A stretch of 64,000 bases of DNA from Dipteris shenzhenensis. Lineage: Eukaryota. Numbering within the stretch: the stretch's first letter is position 1; every line of letters starts with the position of its first letter. A program made the translations under genes and the position numbers. This document shows positions 1 through 13,598 of the stretch, piece after piece. The stretch lies in the NCBI GenBank assembly GCA_047967505.1, contig CM106538.1. One strand, written 5' to 3'. The notes beneath the pieces are model-generated. The model had not been told where the DNA came from, made no database searches, and worked only from the letters and a program-made list of their open reading frames with translations.

Positions 1-179
1 GATCATGGCAAAAAGAGCAAGCGGAAGATCATGACAAGCCGATTAACAAGCTGAAGATCATGGCAAAAAGAGCGTGCTGCCACCTTCTTCTCACCTGAGG
101 CTCGCCCACCCATTAGAATTGCGATGAGGTGAGACCAACCAATTATACTTGAGGGGATTTGTGCCACCAGTCGAACACC

Positions 180-560
180 AGAAAGCTTATCTCGCTGTAG
201 TAGATGAAAGGCTCATTCTGGTTCGCCACCGATAGATCCATGATCAGCATTCCATACAAACCAGCATATCGTTTTAGACCATGAAGTCCACAGTAAGATT
301 ATGTTAGACGAGCCATTCAAATGTTGTTTCTAACTTTCTCTTTGCATCAAGGATCACAGCAACAATGCAACAGGAATTTGAAAATGATCAGCACGTAGTA
401 CCTTATCTAGCATGAATTTGTAAACAAAACTTTGGTTGGATTGATCGCACATTGTGAGACAGGTGTACTTGATATAGTCTGGAATGCAACTATGGTTGTA
501 CAGGCTAGAAGCTTCATGGCACAATATTATGTGGCTTGCCACGGGTTACACACTAGTGAG
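180..560 (-). pseudogene. Highly degenerate copia-like RT/RNase H remnant
   Basis: Minus-strand translation gives RMSLSSTTAR near 190-220, resembling copia VALSSTEAEY; many stops. Confidence 0.25.
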
Positions 561-924
561 CATGAATTAGCTTTAGTTTGTACAAAGAACAAAGGAAAAT
601 TAATATCATGCATGAATTAGCCACAAGAATCAAAGCTATACCTTTGAATGAAGGGCTTAATAAACATGGTCCATGGCATTGTGCAGCCGACTCAATGTAT
701 GGTTCTTTTGTTTGATGATGCTCAGTGCCATTCTAAGAGATACAGTCTTTTAGTGGATTATGTCATGATTGCAATGTAGCACTCCTTGACCGTGGTGGAG
801 CAGTACTCTCCACCATTATTAGAACGGAGCGTTTGGAGTAAGTGACTAGTTTGAAGTTGTGCCATCTTGTGGAAGTATTGAAATATCTAAAGAGTCTGAT
901 TTTTGTTTTTCAAGAGGTAGATAG

Positions 925-2331
925 TGTTGTCTCTGTGCCAACATGGACTTAGGTAGAAAAAAATGTGTGTGTAGAGTAGCAGCAAAGCTCCGCTTGTACT
1001 TGCATAAAGCTAAAAATAATCCCTCTTAGAAATCCAACTTGCAAGTTCTACATGCAAGTTGCACATGCAACTCCTACATGCAACTCCTACATGCGAGTTC
1101 TACATGCAACTCCTACATGCGAGTTCTACATGCAACTCCTACATGCAACTTCTATATGCAAGTTCTATATGTAGAGAGAGAATATCTTATAATTCCTACT
1201 TGCAGAGAGAGAAGCTCTCTCGAAGCTCTCCAACTTGTATAAATACCCCATAATGGAATGAAGCCCACATTCTTTGGGGCATTGTGTTGAGTTCTACTTT
1301 GGTATTCCAAGCAATTGTCTCATGCGTCCATGCTTCCTTGCACTCCACATCCAAAAGCATGTCCTAACCTTGCAACTCCTCCTCCAACCTTGCAACCCAT
1401 CCTCTCCCCCTCCTCCTCCTCCCTTCTCCTCCTCCTCCTCCCTCTTGCTCCTCCTCCCTCTTGCTTCTTCTCCTCCCTCGTCCTCCTCCTCCTCCCTTCT
1501 CCTCCCTTGTCCTCCTCCCTCCTTCTCCTTCTCCCCCTTCCTCCTCCTCCTCCTCCCTCCTCCTCCTCCTCCTCCCTCCTCCTCCCTTCTCCTCCTCCCT
1601 CTGTCTCTCCTTCCTTCTCCTCCTCCCCCTTCCTCCAACTCCTCCCTCCTTCTTCTCCTCCCTCTTCCTCCTCCTCCTCCCTCCTCCTCCTCCTCCTCCC
1701 TTCTTCTCCCTTCTCCTCCTCCTCCTCCTCCTCCTCCTTCTCCCTCCTCCTCCTCCTTCTCCTCCCTTCTCACTCTTCTTTCCCCCATGCTCTTACACCT
1801 TCTTTCTCTCCCACCCCTATGCTTCCCCTAAACCCTTAGTTCCTCAACCCTTAACCTCCATTATCTACGAGGGAGATGAGGTCTCTACCATGTACTCTAC
1901 CCTGAACCTTGGATCCTCCTTCTAGGAACCTCTTCCAAACTCTAGAACCTCTCTCTAAACCTTGGAATCTCCTTCTAACTCTTAAACCTCTTTTAAACTC
2001 TGGAATCTCTTTCTAAACGTTGAAACCTTTTTCCAAACTTTGGAACCTCCTTCTAACCCTTAAACTCCTCCTAAACCGTGTAACCCCCAATGAAGATGAA
2101 AGCCTTCATTACCTCAAACATGATGATACACATTCCTTTTACACATGCATGCACTATGTTTGCTTACCACAGTTAAGCCTACATATCTCACCGGAACACG
2201 ACTCGAGGTCCTAAGCTACATGTATACTACAAACGACAACCCTGATATATTTGTAGGTGACAAAAAGCCTCGAAACCCTACATACTGAGAAAACCTACTC
2301 TTCTTGCGGAAGCCATGGGAAAGAGCCAACA
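925..2331 (+). repeat. 5' LTR of gypsy A (~1.4 kb)
   Basis: Starts TGTTGTCTCT and ends AGAGCCAACA (imperfect terminal inverted repeat). Same start at 10464 (+), 23557 (-) and 57782 (-). Contains a 13-bp minisatellite, TATAAATA near 1238, a (CCT)n tract and a 20-bp repeat. Confidence 0.85.
1040..1170 (+). repeat. 13-bp minisatellite (CATGCAACTCCTA / CATGCGAGTTCTA) in gypsy LTR
   Basis: Tandem units visible. Also at ~10850-11195, 23078-23445, 39558-39635 and 57210-57670. Confidence 0.95.
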
Positions 2332-2333
2332 TT

Positions 2334-2351
2334 TGGTGCCGCTGTTGGGGA
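2334..2351 (+). promoter_or_regulatory. Primer-binding site, degenerate Athila-type (tRNA-Asp)
   Basis: TGGTGCCGCTGTTGGGGA two bases after the LTR end; resembles the Athila PBS TGGCGCCGTTGCCGGGGA. Confidence 0.7.
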
Positions 2352-2891
2352 GACTAGTGTCTCAAGTAAAGAGTAAACACACGCAGGTATGTGTAAAAAA
2401 CAAACTACTTCGAACTTTCATGAACATATCACTCAAGACCTAGGAGAGCTAAAAAATTTCCAAGTCAAGTAAAAAATAAAAAATAATTCCTAGTTGAAAC
2501 TCTTCGTTATCGATTTAGGAAAATGCATGTTTTTTGGAAAAATAGCACCTTAAGTACCATGTGATGGTTGTCAGAGTGTAGAGCTTAAAATTATGAACAA
2601 TTCTCCATTTTATGAAAGCACATTCTGACACAACTACGAAAAGTTATGGGCAATCGATGACTAAAGGTTCAAAATGACATAACCCAAAAGAAAAATCAAA
2701 ACCACCTCCCTAGTCAAACGTGGATAAATTTAAAGCTACACATGTATTTGACTACTCAAAAGTGGACAAATTCAAAGGTGCACATGTGTTTGACTAAATC
2801 CACAGCTCCCTCCTTCCCTATAAAAGAGCACCCATCCCTCTCATACTTTTTCTTTCACATCTTGCCTCCATCCTCTTTCCCATTCCGAGCC

Positions 2892-3542
2892 CATTAGGAA
2901 AAAAGGGAGCTTATTTTGGGGCCCTGTAAGAAATTCACTATTTTCTCTTTTCTCTCTCTACAAAAGCAAGAAAATATGGATACTTGCGTGAGAAATGTCA
3001 GTGTGAAAAGGAATAAATATATTCTTTCACATGCTTTACATTCAATGTTCATATAAGACCAACACTTTTCTGTGCAGAATTTGGTGATTCTGACACCGTA
3101 GACGCGTCCGGAACGGCCCAAAACCCCAAAAACGGCACTGGAAACGCTGGAATCGGACATCCAGAGGCCCGGAAACGGCAAAAAAAGGCCGAAAAGTGGG
3201 ATTTGCAGCAAAACGCGATCGGTCTTTTTTTGCCGTTTCCGGGCCTCCGGATGTCCGATTCCAGCGTTTCCAGTGCCGTTTTTGGGATTTTGGGCCGTTC
3301 CGGACGCGTCTGCGGTGTCAGAATCACCAAATTCTGCACAGAAAATAAATTTGAAAAGATTCAAATCAGATCACCTCATTAATGTGACATGCTTCTACGA
3401 ACATATAGTACTATTTCTTTTTCTTATTTTCATCTTCTTTTGTTGAATTTTCAACGTTACGTTGGCCCACTCCTGATTGGTTGAGAGCCTATTTTCTCTC
3501 TCTTCTAAAAGGCCCCAAAATGAGCTCCCTTTTTTCCTAATG
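2892..3542. mobile_element. Non-autonomous DNA transposon (MITE/CACTA-like) with internal 127-bp-arm hairpin
   Basis: 32-bp TIRs CATTAGGAAAAAAGGGAGCTTATTTTGGGGCC (2892-2923) and near-perfect inverse (3511-3542). Inner inverted repeat 3066-3192 / 3219-3345. Confidence 0.7.
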
Positions 3543-3875
3543 CCTACGCAAGATACTCCTTCCTCTCCATCGACCACCACCGTACTCCCATCCTCACATT
3601 GTGAGTTACTTCCAGCCCATCTCGTAGTGATAACCTAGCCATCCACCCATTGCCATTCGTCCTCAACTCCTATCCTCACACATTAAGTTACTTTGAGCCC
3701 ATCTCGCAGCGATAACCTAGCCATCCACCCACCGTCCATTCATCCTCAACAATCTTGTTACATCGAGAAAGACTTGGAGAGCGTTCAGATGACCATCTCT
3801 TCCTCCCTTTGGATTTCTGTCAAAGTTTTCTGTTTTTCATCAAAGTTTTTCATCCATCAAGTTTTTTCTTTTTTC

Positions 3876-4560
3876 CCCCTCCCCCTCCTCCATCTCCCCC
3901 TCCACCCTCCACCCCCTTCATCTCCCCCTCCACCCTCCACCCCTTCCATCTCCACCACCCCCCTCCTCCGCCCCCCCCCCCCCTCCTTCCTCCATCTTCC
4001 CCTCCACCCTTCTCTATCTCCACCCCCCCTCTCCTCCATCTCCACCACCCCCCTTTCCCCTCCCCCCCCTAGAGTCCACTACCCCCCTTTCATCTCCATC
4101 ACCCCTCCTCCCCCCCTCTCCTCCATCTCCACCACCCCCCTTTCCCCTCCCCCCCCATCTCCACCACCCCCCTTTCATCTCCACTACCACCCCTTCCCCC
4201 CCCCTCTCCTCCATCTCCATCTCCACCACCCCCCCTCTCTCTCTCATCCCCTCCACCCCCATCTCCACCCCCCCCCCCTTCCATCTCCACTACCCCCCCT
4301 TCCCCCCCCCTCTCCTCCATCTCCACAACCCCCCCCCTCTATCTCCACCACCCTCCCCTTCCCCCTCCCTCTCCTCCATCTCCCCACCCCCCCCTCCATC
4401 TCCACTACCCTCCCCCTCACCCCTCTCTCTCTCTTTCTCTCTCTCTCTACCCCCTCCCTCTTCTCTCTCTCTCGCTCTTTCTCTGTCTTTTCCCTCCCCT
4501 CTCTCTCTCTACCCTCGCCCCTCGCCGGCCACTCCACACCCTACCCACTCCTAACCTAAG
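3876..4560. repeat. C-rich low-complexity tract in gypsy 5' UTR
   Basis: (CCA/CCT/CT)n tract; reverse-complement counterpart at ~63400-64000 in copy C. Confidence 0.9.
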
Positions 4561-5800
4561 GGCCTAAAGCCCCTAATAACAAGGTCTTATAATCCCTTAC
4601 CTTGCCTAAGGCAAGGCAACGCCTGGTGGCCTGCGTAGCACCTACCTATGCGACAGTGCGTCGATAGTGCTCGTTGATTTGGGCGACGTAGCCACCCTCC
4701 GCCCTACTATGGCGGCAGTGCCCGCCCCATGCCTCGCCTCTGCCTATGCGCCCCTCCTCCCCGCCTACCTCGCCTCCTCCACGATAGCCCCTCCCCTCCA
4801 CCCTCCCCTCCCCTCCGTTCGAAACCCCCCTCCCGTCAGTCACAATGCACCCCACCCCCCCCTGCCCCCCGAAATTTTTTTATATTATAAAAATTATATA
4901 TTTATTTGATTTTTTAATGTAACCCTAACTTAACCTTAGTTTAACCTAAGCTAGGTTAGTTTTAACCTAGGTTAAGTTTGACTTACCTTAGTTTAGTTTA
5001 GCATAGGGATTAACTACAATTAAGTTAATAGACTAACTGAGTTAGTTTAACTAACTGAGCTTTATTGACCAAGTTAGAGTAAAGGTACTAACTGTGGCTA
5101 ACCATTACTTAGGTTAGCGGTGAACATCTAGATACATTAACTGGATTGGGTCAGTTAGGTCAACTAAGTTGGGTCAATTACTACCCCTCAGCTAGACTTA
5201 AAGCCCATTCACACCAAACCTTAAGACCAAGGACTCCCCTCGCCCTCCCAAAAGGCCAATTTTACCCCTACTTCAACACTTCATATCACGCCTGTTTGGG
5301 ACCAAAACTAAACCCCGTTTGAACCAAAATTTCACACACGAAAACCTCATGCTATGGGGCATTTTTTCAGCTCATTGTACACCATTTTGGCATCCCTAGC
5401 ACTCGCTCATTTGTGCCCCCGTCTGGCCCTTATTTCCCACAAATTCGCTCGTATCCTTATGCAGTGACCTCCTATTGATGATCCATCTGCACTAGCACAT
5501 TCCCCAACACACGTAGGATAATATTAGGCACATTATTACCACGATGGTCCCCACAACACCAACACAACTCTAATCCTCCAAACAAAAAAACATCAACACC
5601 CGCACTTGCGGAAGAGACACCCTTTGCAAATCTCGCCCAATCTGCATGTAGCTACGTTCCGGCCAATGCCTTTGACTCCAACGCTCGCCAAATGTGCATA
5701 CAAATCTGCTACAACCAGCGCCCTTGACAATCCGCTACCCCGAATCCCCCCCTAAAATTCAATCACTCCCTGTAACTCCTCCACGCCACAACATGGTTGG

Positions 5801-8800
5801 ATGCCATCGAGACAGTGTGGGGATATCGACCTCGATGCAGAGGCTGACAATTTCTTTAATCATAGAAATAATAACAATCAAGGCAGGCGCCCCTTGGGAA
5901 AACTGGAACTTCCCAAATATAATGGCAAGGGAGATCCAGTATGTTTCCTCCAACATTTTGATGCCGCATGCCGAGCAGGTGGAGATTAATCCCATGAAAC
6001 CAAGGTGGACTGGATTCCCATGGCCTTTAACTGATGGAGCATCTGAATGGTACCTAGACCTTCTAGTGGAAGACCGAGCCACATGGGACCTGCTTCAAGC
6101 AGAATTCAAAGGCACTTTCAAACGGAGAGGCTACAAGATGATCCCGCTCTCCAACTAAGCAAGATCGAACAAGGTTGTCGAGAAGATGTACGCATGTACC
6201 TGGGTAAGATGAAAAGATTAATCGCCAAATGTGACCCATGCCCCGATGCAAAGTACCTCACAGCCAGTTCATTATAGGACTAAGAAGAAAATCCAAAAGG
6301 ATATGAAAAAGATTAGCAACTATGAAACGTTCAGTGCTGCTCATGCGGCAGCCATTGACATCGAGGATGGCATGACCGACTCTAACACTAGCAGTGATGA
6401 TGGCAGATCTAGTACATGGGTTAAGCACTCAAAAAAGGGAAAATCAATGTCCACTACCGAAACATCAAATGAAGATCACCTAGAGGCCATGACCATGAAC
6501 CTAAAAGAAGACATGATGCAAGCCATGGAACAAGAACTTCACTTGTCTCACCTGCCAACTCAGACATATCCACAGCGAGAAAATGTCTGGTGTCCACACT
6601 GCCTGGCCAATCATACAGCAAATAAGTGCTCGATCCTAAGATCTAGGATCACTGCACAAGCAAATCCACCGCCAAGGTTATGGTGCCATATGTGCATCAT
6701 CAGCGGCCATGATGAAAACAATTGCATCTTCAACATGTGCAACAACCCACCTCGACCTCAACAATACCAAGCGGCACCCATGCCAGTGTACAGGCAACCG
6801 GCACTTGCACAAGTGCCCCTAGTTCCAAGGCTAAATCCTATTCCTGTTCGGACACAATTCCCATAACTACTCAGGAATTTGAATCCCAGACCATATCCAA
6901 GAGCACCAAATCCAGCTTCTCAGGTAGTTCCAATACATCAATTACAAGAAGTAGACTCGTCATTTGAGTATGAAACAGAGTACCTAGTGTACTATGTAGA
7001 AGGTGCAGAGGGTCTAATACCAGTTTTTGCAAATCAAGTACGTCCCAACACATATCGAGCACCAATCAAGTGCTATGGTTGTGGAGAAAAACACCAAATC
7101 GAAGAGTGCCCTCATCGTGGTAGCCCCGCTACTTTCCAACCACTCTGTAGAGATTGTGGCATAGGACATGCCTGTATGGATTGTCCCATGAAAAATAAAG
7201 TCCCATAACAAACAGAGGTTAAGCGTGATGTCCCGATCGGTATCATTGGGGTGGACCATCAAAGTCTAGGTCCGGCAAGTGTAATATCACAACCTGTGAA
7301 TGTAATTACACGCCAACAGAAAGAGGCCACCAAGGACCCTAACGTTCCAATCCAACCAAAGTGACTTCTTAAAAAGAAAGCATAAGTGCCTCCACCTCCG
7401 CCAAGCAATGAGTAGCCAAGCTCATCCACATCAGCTTTCGAGCCTCAAATAAAAGCAGGTCCATACCCAAATGTAGAGGTGGAGAAGGCTCGTTTTCAGG
7501 CACTTCAACAATGGGTACAAAAGGAACAAGCTCAATTTGAGGCTGAGAAACAAGCTCAAGACGCAATCCATGACTTGGCCCCACAAAGTATTGATACTGT
7601 ATTCGAGCCTCTCTTCGAACAACAGACTCCACAACACAATGTACTGCCACGTCAACTTGAAGGAGCCACACTCTCTAGCCTCCTGAGTTGCCCTGTGTTA
7701 ATTCCCATCAGAATCCTCCAACGAAATTGTCCCTATCTCTGGGAGAGTTTCAAAGGATGGATTGAACTCGCAAATCCTCCTCCACCTATAAAGAGCCTAT
7801 AAACGACATTGAAGATATCCCCATGTGGATGGGTGAGAGAGATGACATACACAACATTACTATGCCATTGATCCACAAGGCATATAATGAAGTCCAAGCC
7901 ATAGTGGATGGTGGAGTAGTTGTAAATGTCCTATCAAAGGAGCTCTACGAAGAATGGGGTCTCCCACCAATGCAAAAGGCTAATTTCAACATACACCTTG
8001 CCGATGATTCACAGGCTAAACCCTTGGGAATAGTAAATGGCATGTCCATAAAGGTTGCAAGAGTTCGCTTTCCCCTTCAAATAACAATCTTGGATCTCCT
8101 CAAAAAATCCTATCAAATCTTACTAGACATCCTTGGTTACAGGAAGCATCAGTCCTCCATGACTGGGAATCACTACACCGTAGTCACGATGAATGTGGGA
8201 ATAGGAGCAATAAAACCAATTGTGCCTAGAGCATTGGATGACACATCTTCAATGACAATCTCAAGCAAATCATCTCCCTTACAACAGCATGCCATAGCGG
8301 GTGTTTCACAAAGCAATGTTAATAACTAGATACAAACATTGGAAACCATCAACAACTACCATTCATTAGACCCCATCTTCTCACAGATAGATGCTAAGGT
8401 GTTGTAGGTAGATCCTTCACTCACACATGAAGAACTAATTGATCTAGAGATGCCATTCTTTATGACTGACCGTGAGTGGAATAATGAACATGAAGAAGGT
8501 ACCCATACCAATGATGACTCAGATTTTCCTTGGGACCTTGAAATAGAGGTTGAGAATGCTGAAATTGAAAATCAAATCTTTGATAATGACTTAGCCATTT
8601 TGCATGCCCTAATGGCAGTCGAGCTCTCAAAAGTTGAACCTCCAAAGTTGAATAACACAGCAGAAGATCCCGCAAGAAAGCTAAAGGAGGAAATCGCAAA
8701 AAAGCCAAGGCCAAACACTTCAATGAATTCGAACAAGTCCAAAAAAGGATCATCGAATTGTATCTTGCAAAGCCAGCTCCATCAAAATTAGATCCACCGC

Positions 8801-8936
8801 CTCTAAAATGGTCCCCTAAGGGACTGGAAGGGGTATGCGTAGCAAATGAACCCTTACTTGGAAACACCTTACCAGTGGAAAAGTGACCCCACAGTTCCCA
8901 ACATAAGAAGTTTCTGAAATATAAACCACATGTGAA
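5801..8936 (+). pseudogene. gag-pol: Gypsy gag-protease, frameshifted
   Basis: KLELPKYNGKGDP and LTDGASEWY (retrotransposon gag), zinc knuckles, aspartic-protease-like AIVDGGVVVNVL; many stops. Confidence 0.85.
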
Positions 8937-8940
8937 AGCA

Positions 8941-9699
8941 CAGCAAGATTCTTATACGAAAATGTGATCACTCGATTCGGATGCCCCATTGCAATTGTGT
9001 CGGATAGAGGCACACATTTTGTCAATGAGGTAATCCAAGAACTCTTGTCTGGCTTTATGGTAATCCATAGAAAAAGCACACCCTACTACCCCCAAGGGAA
9101 TGGACAGAATGAATCCACCAACAAAATAATATGCATTATCCTCACCAAGGTGGTAGAACCATAACATTCTGATTAGGCAAAGAAACTGAATGCAGCCTTA
9201 TGGGCATACAGAACCACACTTAAGGTCAGTACAGGGAACACACATTTTCAATTGGTGTACGGCCTTGAAGTTGTGGCCCCACTAGAATTTGTAATACCAA
9301 GCCTATGCATAGCAGTATAGGAATGCATGGGAGACCATGAATCCTTGAAAGAAAGACTCTATCAGTTGGAGAAGCATACAGAAACAAGACTAGTCGCCTA
9401 CCATGCCATGACAAAGAAAGGCATGGTTTGACAGAAATCTTAAAGCTAAAGATATCAAGGAAGGTGACTTGGTCCTGTTATACAATGCCAAAGTACACAA
9501 GAGGAAACTGAAGTATCTAGATCAAGGACCCTACCGAGTAAGAAAGATGAATTCCATTGAAGCTATGCTACTAGAAACATTGGATGGAGTCCAATTCAAC
9601 ACAACAATAAATGGGAGCCGACTGAAGTGCTACTACTTCAACACGCAAGCCACCCCCAACAAAAATGAAGATTTGGGAAACGAAGTCTTCCTTAGTTAG
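8941..9699 (+). pseudogene. pol: Gypsy integrase C-terminal half
   Basis: ITRFGCPIAIVSDRGTHF, STPYYPQGNGQNE, GPYRV. Confidence 0.9.
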
Positions 9700-10463
9700 G
9701 ATAAGATTGTATCACGAGCACTCACTAGCATATGCATGCACTAGAGTATTACACGCACACTCACTGGCATATGCACGTTTTTGCACATTTAGGAAGACCC
9801 AATCAATTTCGTATTAGGGATGATTGAGTCTTAGTTTCCCTATTAAATCCCACAAATAAGCATATAGTTAGACACATCACATGCACTCACACGATTTTGC
9901 ATAGGCACATAATAGATTACATCAATAATAGTATCACACACTTTCATTCCATACTGTCAAAGCATGCAATGAATTCACAAGCAGGACAAGAAGCTATGCT
10001 AAAACTCAAGATGAATTGGCAAAAGAGTCTACAGCCTCAGCAACAAGACCCCCACCAAACATCACAGCCATCTCCTATATGCAAAAATATCAGACATGCA
10101 TACAAACTTATCTACAAGCTCAATGATACGGGTGCAATCGCATCCAACATGAATGCAAGATACCAAGAAATGCCAGCCTCAACAATGAGACCCCCACCAA
10201 ACCTCTTCCTAAGAAGATTTAATGGTAGAGTCTGCAACCTCAGCAACGAGATCCCCTCTAAAATTCACAGCCGTCCACCCCGCCTTAAGAGGAGATAAGC
10301 TTCCCGACTACAGACCAAAAATTGTATAGTGCAAAAGCATTACAGCAAGAATGACTTGCATGCCACAAGCTCAATAGCCACTGGGTTACGCACATAGCAT
10401 CCCAACTCTGAAATCAGAATAAGCCATAACCCGAGGATGGATAATAAAATGGATCTGAGAGTA

Positions 10464-11327
10464 TGTTGTCTTTGTGCCAACATGGACTGTTGACAGTTGT
10501 GTTTGACTTTGGTGGAGGTTGGAGGTCACATCCCTCACTGCCTTCTCTTGAGCTTGGAGATCTTGGTTCATGCGCACTTCTTCTACCTCCTTCTCATCTA
10601 TCTGCACCCAAAGTGCCTTGACCTCTATGGCGATTTCCTAGAATTGGTCTTTGATTTCTGTTGCAGTCTGTCTATCCAATTCTCTTGCATATTCTCCATG
10701 AAATCTCGAAACAAATCGTTCATCTACTGAAAGGTAGTAGGAGCATTGGTCAAACCAAAAGCAGGTAAAACAGAATGTGTATGTAGAGTAGCGGCAAAGC
10801 TCCTCTTATACTTGCATAAAGCTAGAAATAATCCCTCTTAGAAATCCAACTTGCAAGTTCTACATGCAACTCCTACATGTGAGTTCTACATGCAACTCCT
10901 ACATGCGAGTTCTACATGCAATTCCTACATGCAACTCCTACATGTGAGTTCTACATGCAACTCCTACATGTGAGTTCTACATGCGAGTTCTACATGCAAC
11001 TCCTACATGCAAGTTCTACATGCAACTCCTACATGCAAGTTCTACATGCAACTCCTACATGTGAGTTCTACATGTGAGTTCTACATGCAACTCCTACATG
11101 CGAATTCTACATGCAACTCCTCCATGCAACATACAACTCCTATATGCAACTTACAACTCCTAGTACATGCAACTTCTATATGCAAGTTCTACATGTAGAG
11201 AGAGAATGTGTTACAATTCGTACATGCAGAGAGAGAAGCTCTCCAACTTGTATAAATACCCCATAATGGAATGAAGCCCACACTCTTTGGGGCATTGTGT
11301 TGAGTTCTACCTTGGTATTCCAAGCAA
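10464..11327 (+). repeat. Truncated 3' LTR of gypsy A, interrupted at ~10488-10763
   Basis: Colinear with 925-1315. The insert includes a short minus-strand gypsy RT motif (FGLTNAPTTFQ). Confidence 0.8.
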
Positions 11328-13598
11328 CTAGCATGGGGAGAGTGGCTGGCGTGGGACTAAGTGGCAAGAGAAGAAGAGTGAGACATGAGCATGCCAAATA
11401 GTTCACCATTATTGACAGTGAACAATGAGAAGGGAGTGACTATAGGAGTCAAAGGAATCTGAGTGTTGGTGATTTTGAAAGAGTTTTGGCAAGGACAAGA
11501 AGCAAATCCTTAGGACCTTTGCAATGACCAAAGCAAGTAGACAAAGCAAGGATAGAGAGAGATAATGGATGCGAAGATTAAGAAGAAAGAGAGGAGAGAG
11601 AAGAAATGGAAGAAGAAGATGATCACCCCAGCAAAAATAGATTTTCAATAGAATGATGACCAAGAGTGAGGGTGAAGTTTTAGAACTTAAAAGGGGCCAA
11701 GGGAGAGAATCACCAATCCCATGTGTAGAAATTTAAGTTTTAGAACTTAGATGGGGCCGAGGGAGAGAATCACCAATCCCATATGTAGAATTTCTTGAAT
11801 ATAGGAGTGATTTCGTGAATCATTCATCCACAAGATGACTCAATATACTTTTCTACCATATTCGCCAACAAGGCCATCGATGGTTTTACCAATAAAAACT
11901 ATATTAGGGAATTTGGAAATTTTCAAATAGTTTGGGAATTCCCAATATGGTTAAGATTTGGCCACATGGTTAAATTTGAACCCATTACTTGAAAGGGGAA
12001 TCCATCTTGGACACCACACCATATTAGGGAACCCTCCCAAGTCCCACTTTCAAATAAGGGTTTAAGGTTTGGCCACATGGTTAAATCTTAACCCCTTACT
12101 TGAAAGTGGGACTTGGGAGATTCCCAAATTCTTCAATATAGTGTTAATATCTCAATGGCACTCCACAACAGGGTAGGAGTTGAAGGATGCATTCTTGAAA
12201 AGGATCCAATTTGAATTCAACAAGGAACATGTATTGCTGAAGCTTAACAGCCTCGAGCAAGGGAAGAGCAAGAAAATGTATGATTGTGCCACAAAAATGA
12301 GGGTATTTATAAAACAATGAGAGATGATGAGACATCGCTCATCGTTATTGATGAGTAACCCCAATTCAAGATCAAAGCTACACAAAATTGAGATTCCATA
12401 CCAAATAAGGACATATGATGAATTGCTCCAATGAGCAATTGTGTAAGAAAAAGGGAACATAGAGTCCCAAAAGAAGAAGAAATCGCCCATCAAAGAAGCA
12501 GAGAGCGATGATGACGAAGATGAAGAAGAAAGGGAACCAAACAAGATTAAACTCAAGAATCTCCTGAAGTAAATGGGCATTTGAGGTAAGCTAAAAAAAG
12601 GGGAGGTCTTATGCCACAAATGTAAGACATACGGCCTCATAGTGAATGAGTTTTAGGCAAGGAATTTTTGCATAATATGCAACCGATCGGGATCCCATGA
12701 CACCCAAAATCTCTAGGACAAGAAAACCAAGAGATCTCTTGAGTGAACCACATGGTATAGGAGCCCAAGAACACCTATTAAGGTAAAATAAAGGCAAACA
12801 ATTGGTGCTACTTCTATGGGAAAGAGTGGCATAATGCAAGCTCTAGAAGGAGTAGCTAGACATGATGTCAAAGGCAGGCATGATATGATGAAAATCCTCC
12901 CCAAAATAGAGAACTCATCATGAAATGGATGCAAAGTTGGTGATGAGATCGCAAGGACCAGTGAAGGCAACATCATTGGTCAAGTTCTAAAATAGAAAGG
13001 ACCATTCATTGAAGTGGAGATGTTGAGCAGCTGAAAGAATGACCAACATGATAGAGAAGCTAGAAGCAGTGATGCTTAGGAGAGGAGAACGAAGACCAAA
13101 GGAAGACCACAAATAAGTGGAGAAAACTAAGATCAACTTGGGATGGTACAAGTTCAAAGAGCTAAATGACACGAATAGCATTAGTCAAGTGATGGAGCTT
13201 GCATCCCAATGCATGAAGTCTTTCCAAAGTTTTGATAATGGTCCAATGACCACCAACCACCCTGATCACATCGATGGAGGTTTGAGAGATAAGTATTGCC
13301 AGTTGGGATACTGAAAGACGTCTGCATCAAAATCCATGGGGCTTATTTCACTGTGACTTTCATCGTGGTTGGAATGGAGCATTATGGGAAGAACCACAAA
13401 TAACCTTTGACGTGACATGAGGGGAATCGACGAGAAGGATTGACAAACTTGATCCATAGAAATGTGTGTGGCCCCTTTAAACAAATTCCCTTGGTGGATC
13501 AAGTTGAGTGAAAGCATACCCAGCTCTTTTGATCCATTAATCATTACAATTGAGTGTCCATTGATCAATGGTTGAGGGATAAGGGGATGAGATAATTG

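Larger units (their letters stand above)
925..11327 (+). mobile_element. Ty3/gypsy (Athila-like) element, copy A; RT/RNase H deleted, 3' LTR truncated
   Basis: 5' LTR, PBS, long UTR, gag-PR, integrase C-half, and a second LTR copy from 10464. Homologous to copies B and C. Confidence 0.85.

Noticed and set aside
1274-1925. Pro/Ser/Leu-rich and Glu/Gly/Arg-rich ORFs (also 3693-4559, 46470-47032, 56688-57292, 63559-63885)
   Set aside because: Translations of low-complexity (CCT)n or C-rich tracts open in several frames; not extensin-like genes.
2894-3364. 156-aa and 96-aa ORFs
   Set aside because: They span a palindrome inside a non-autonomous transposon and have no recognisable domain.
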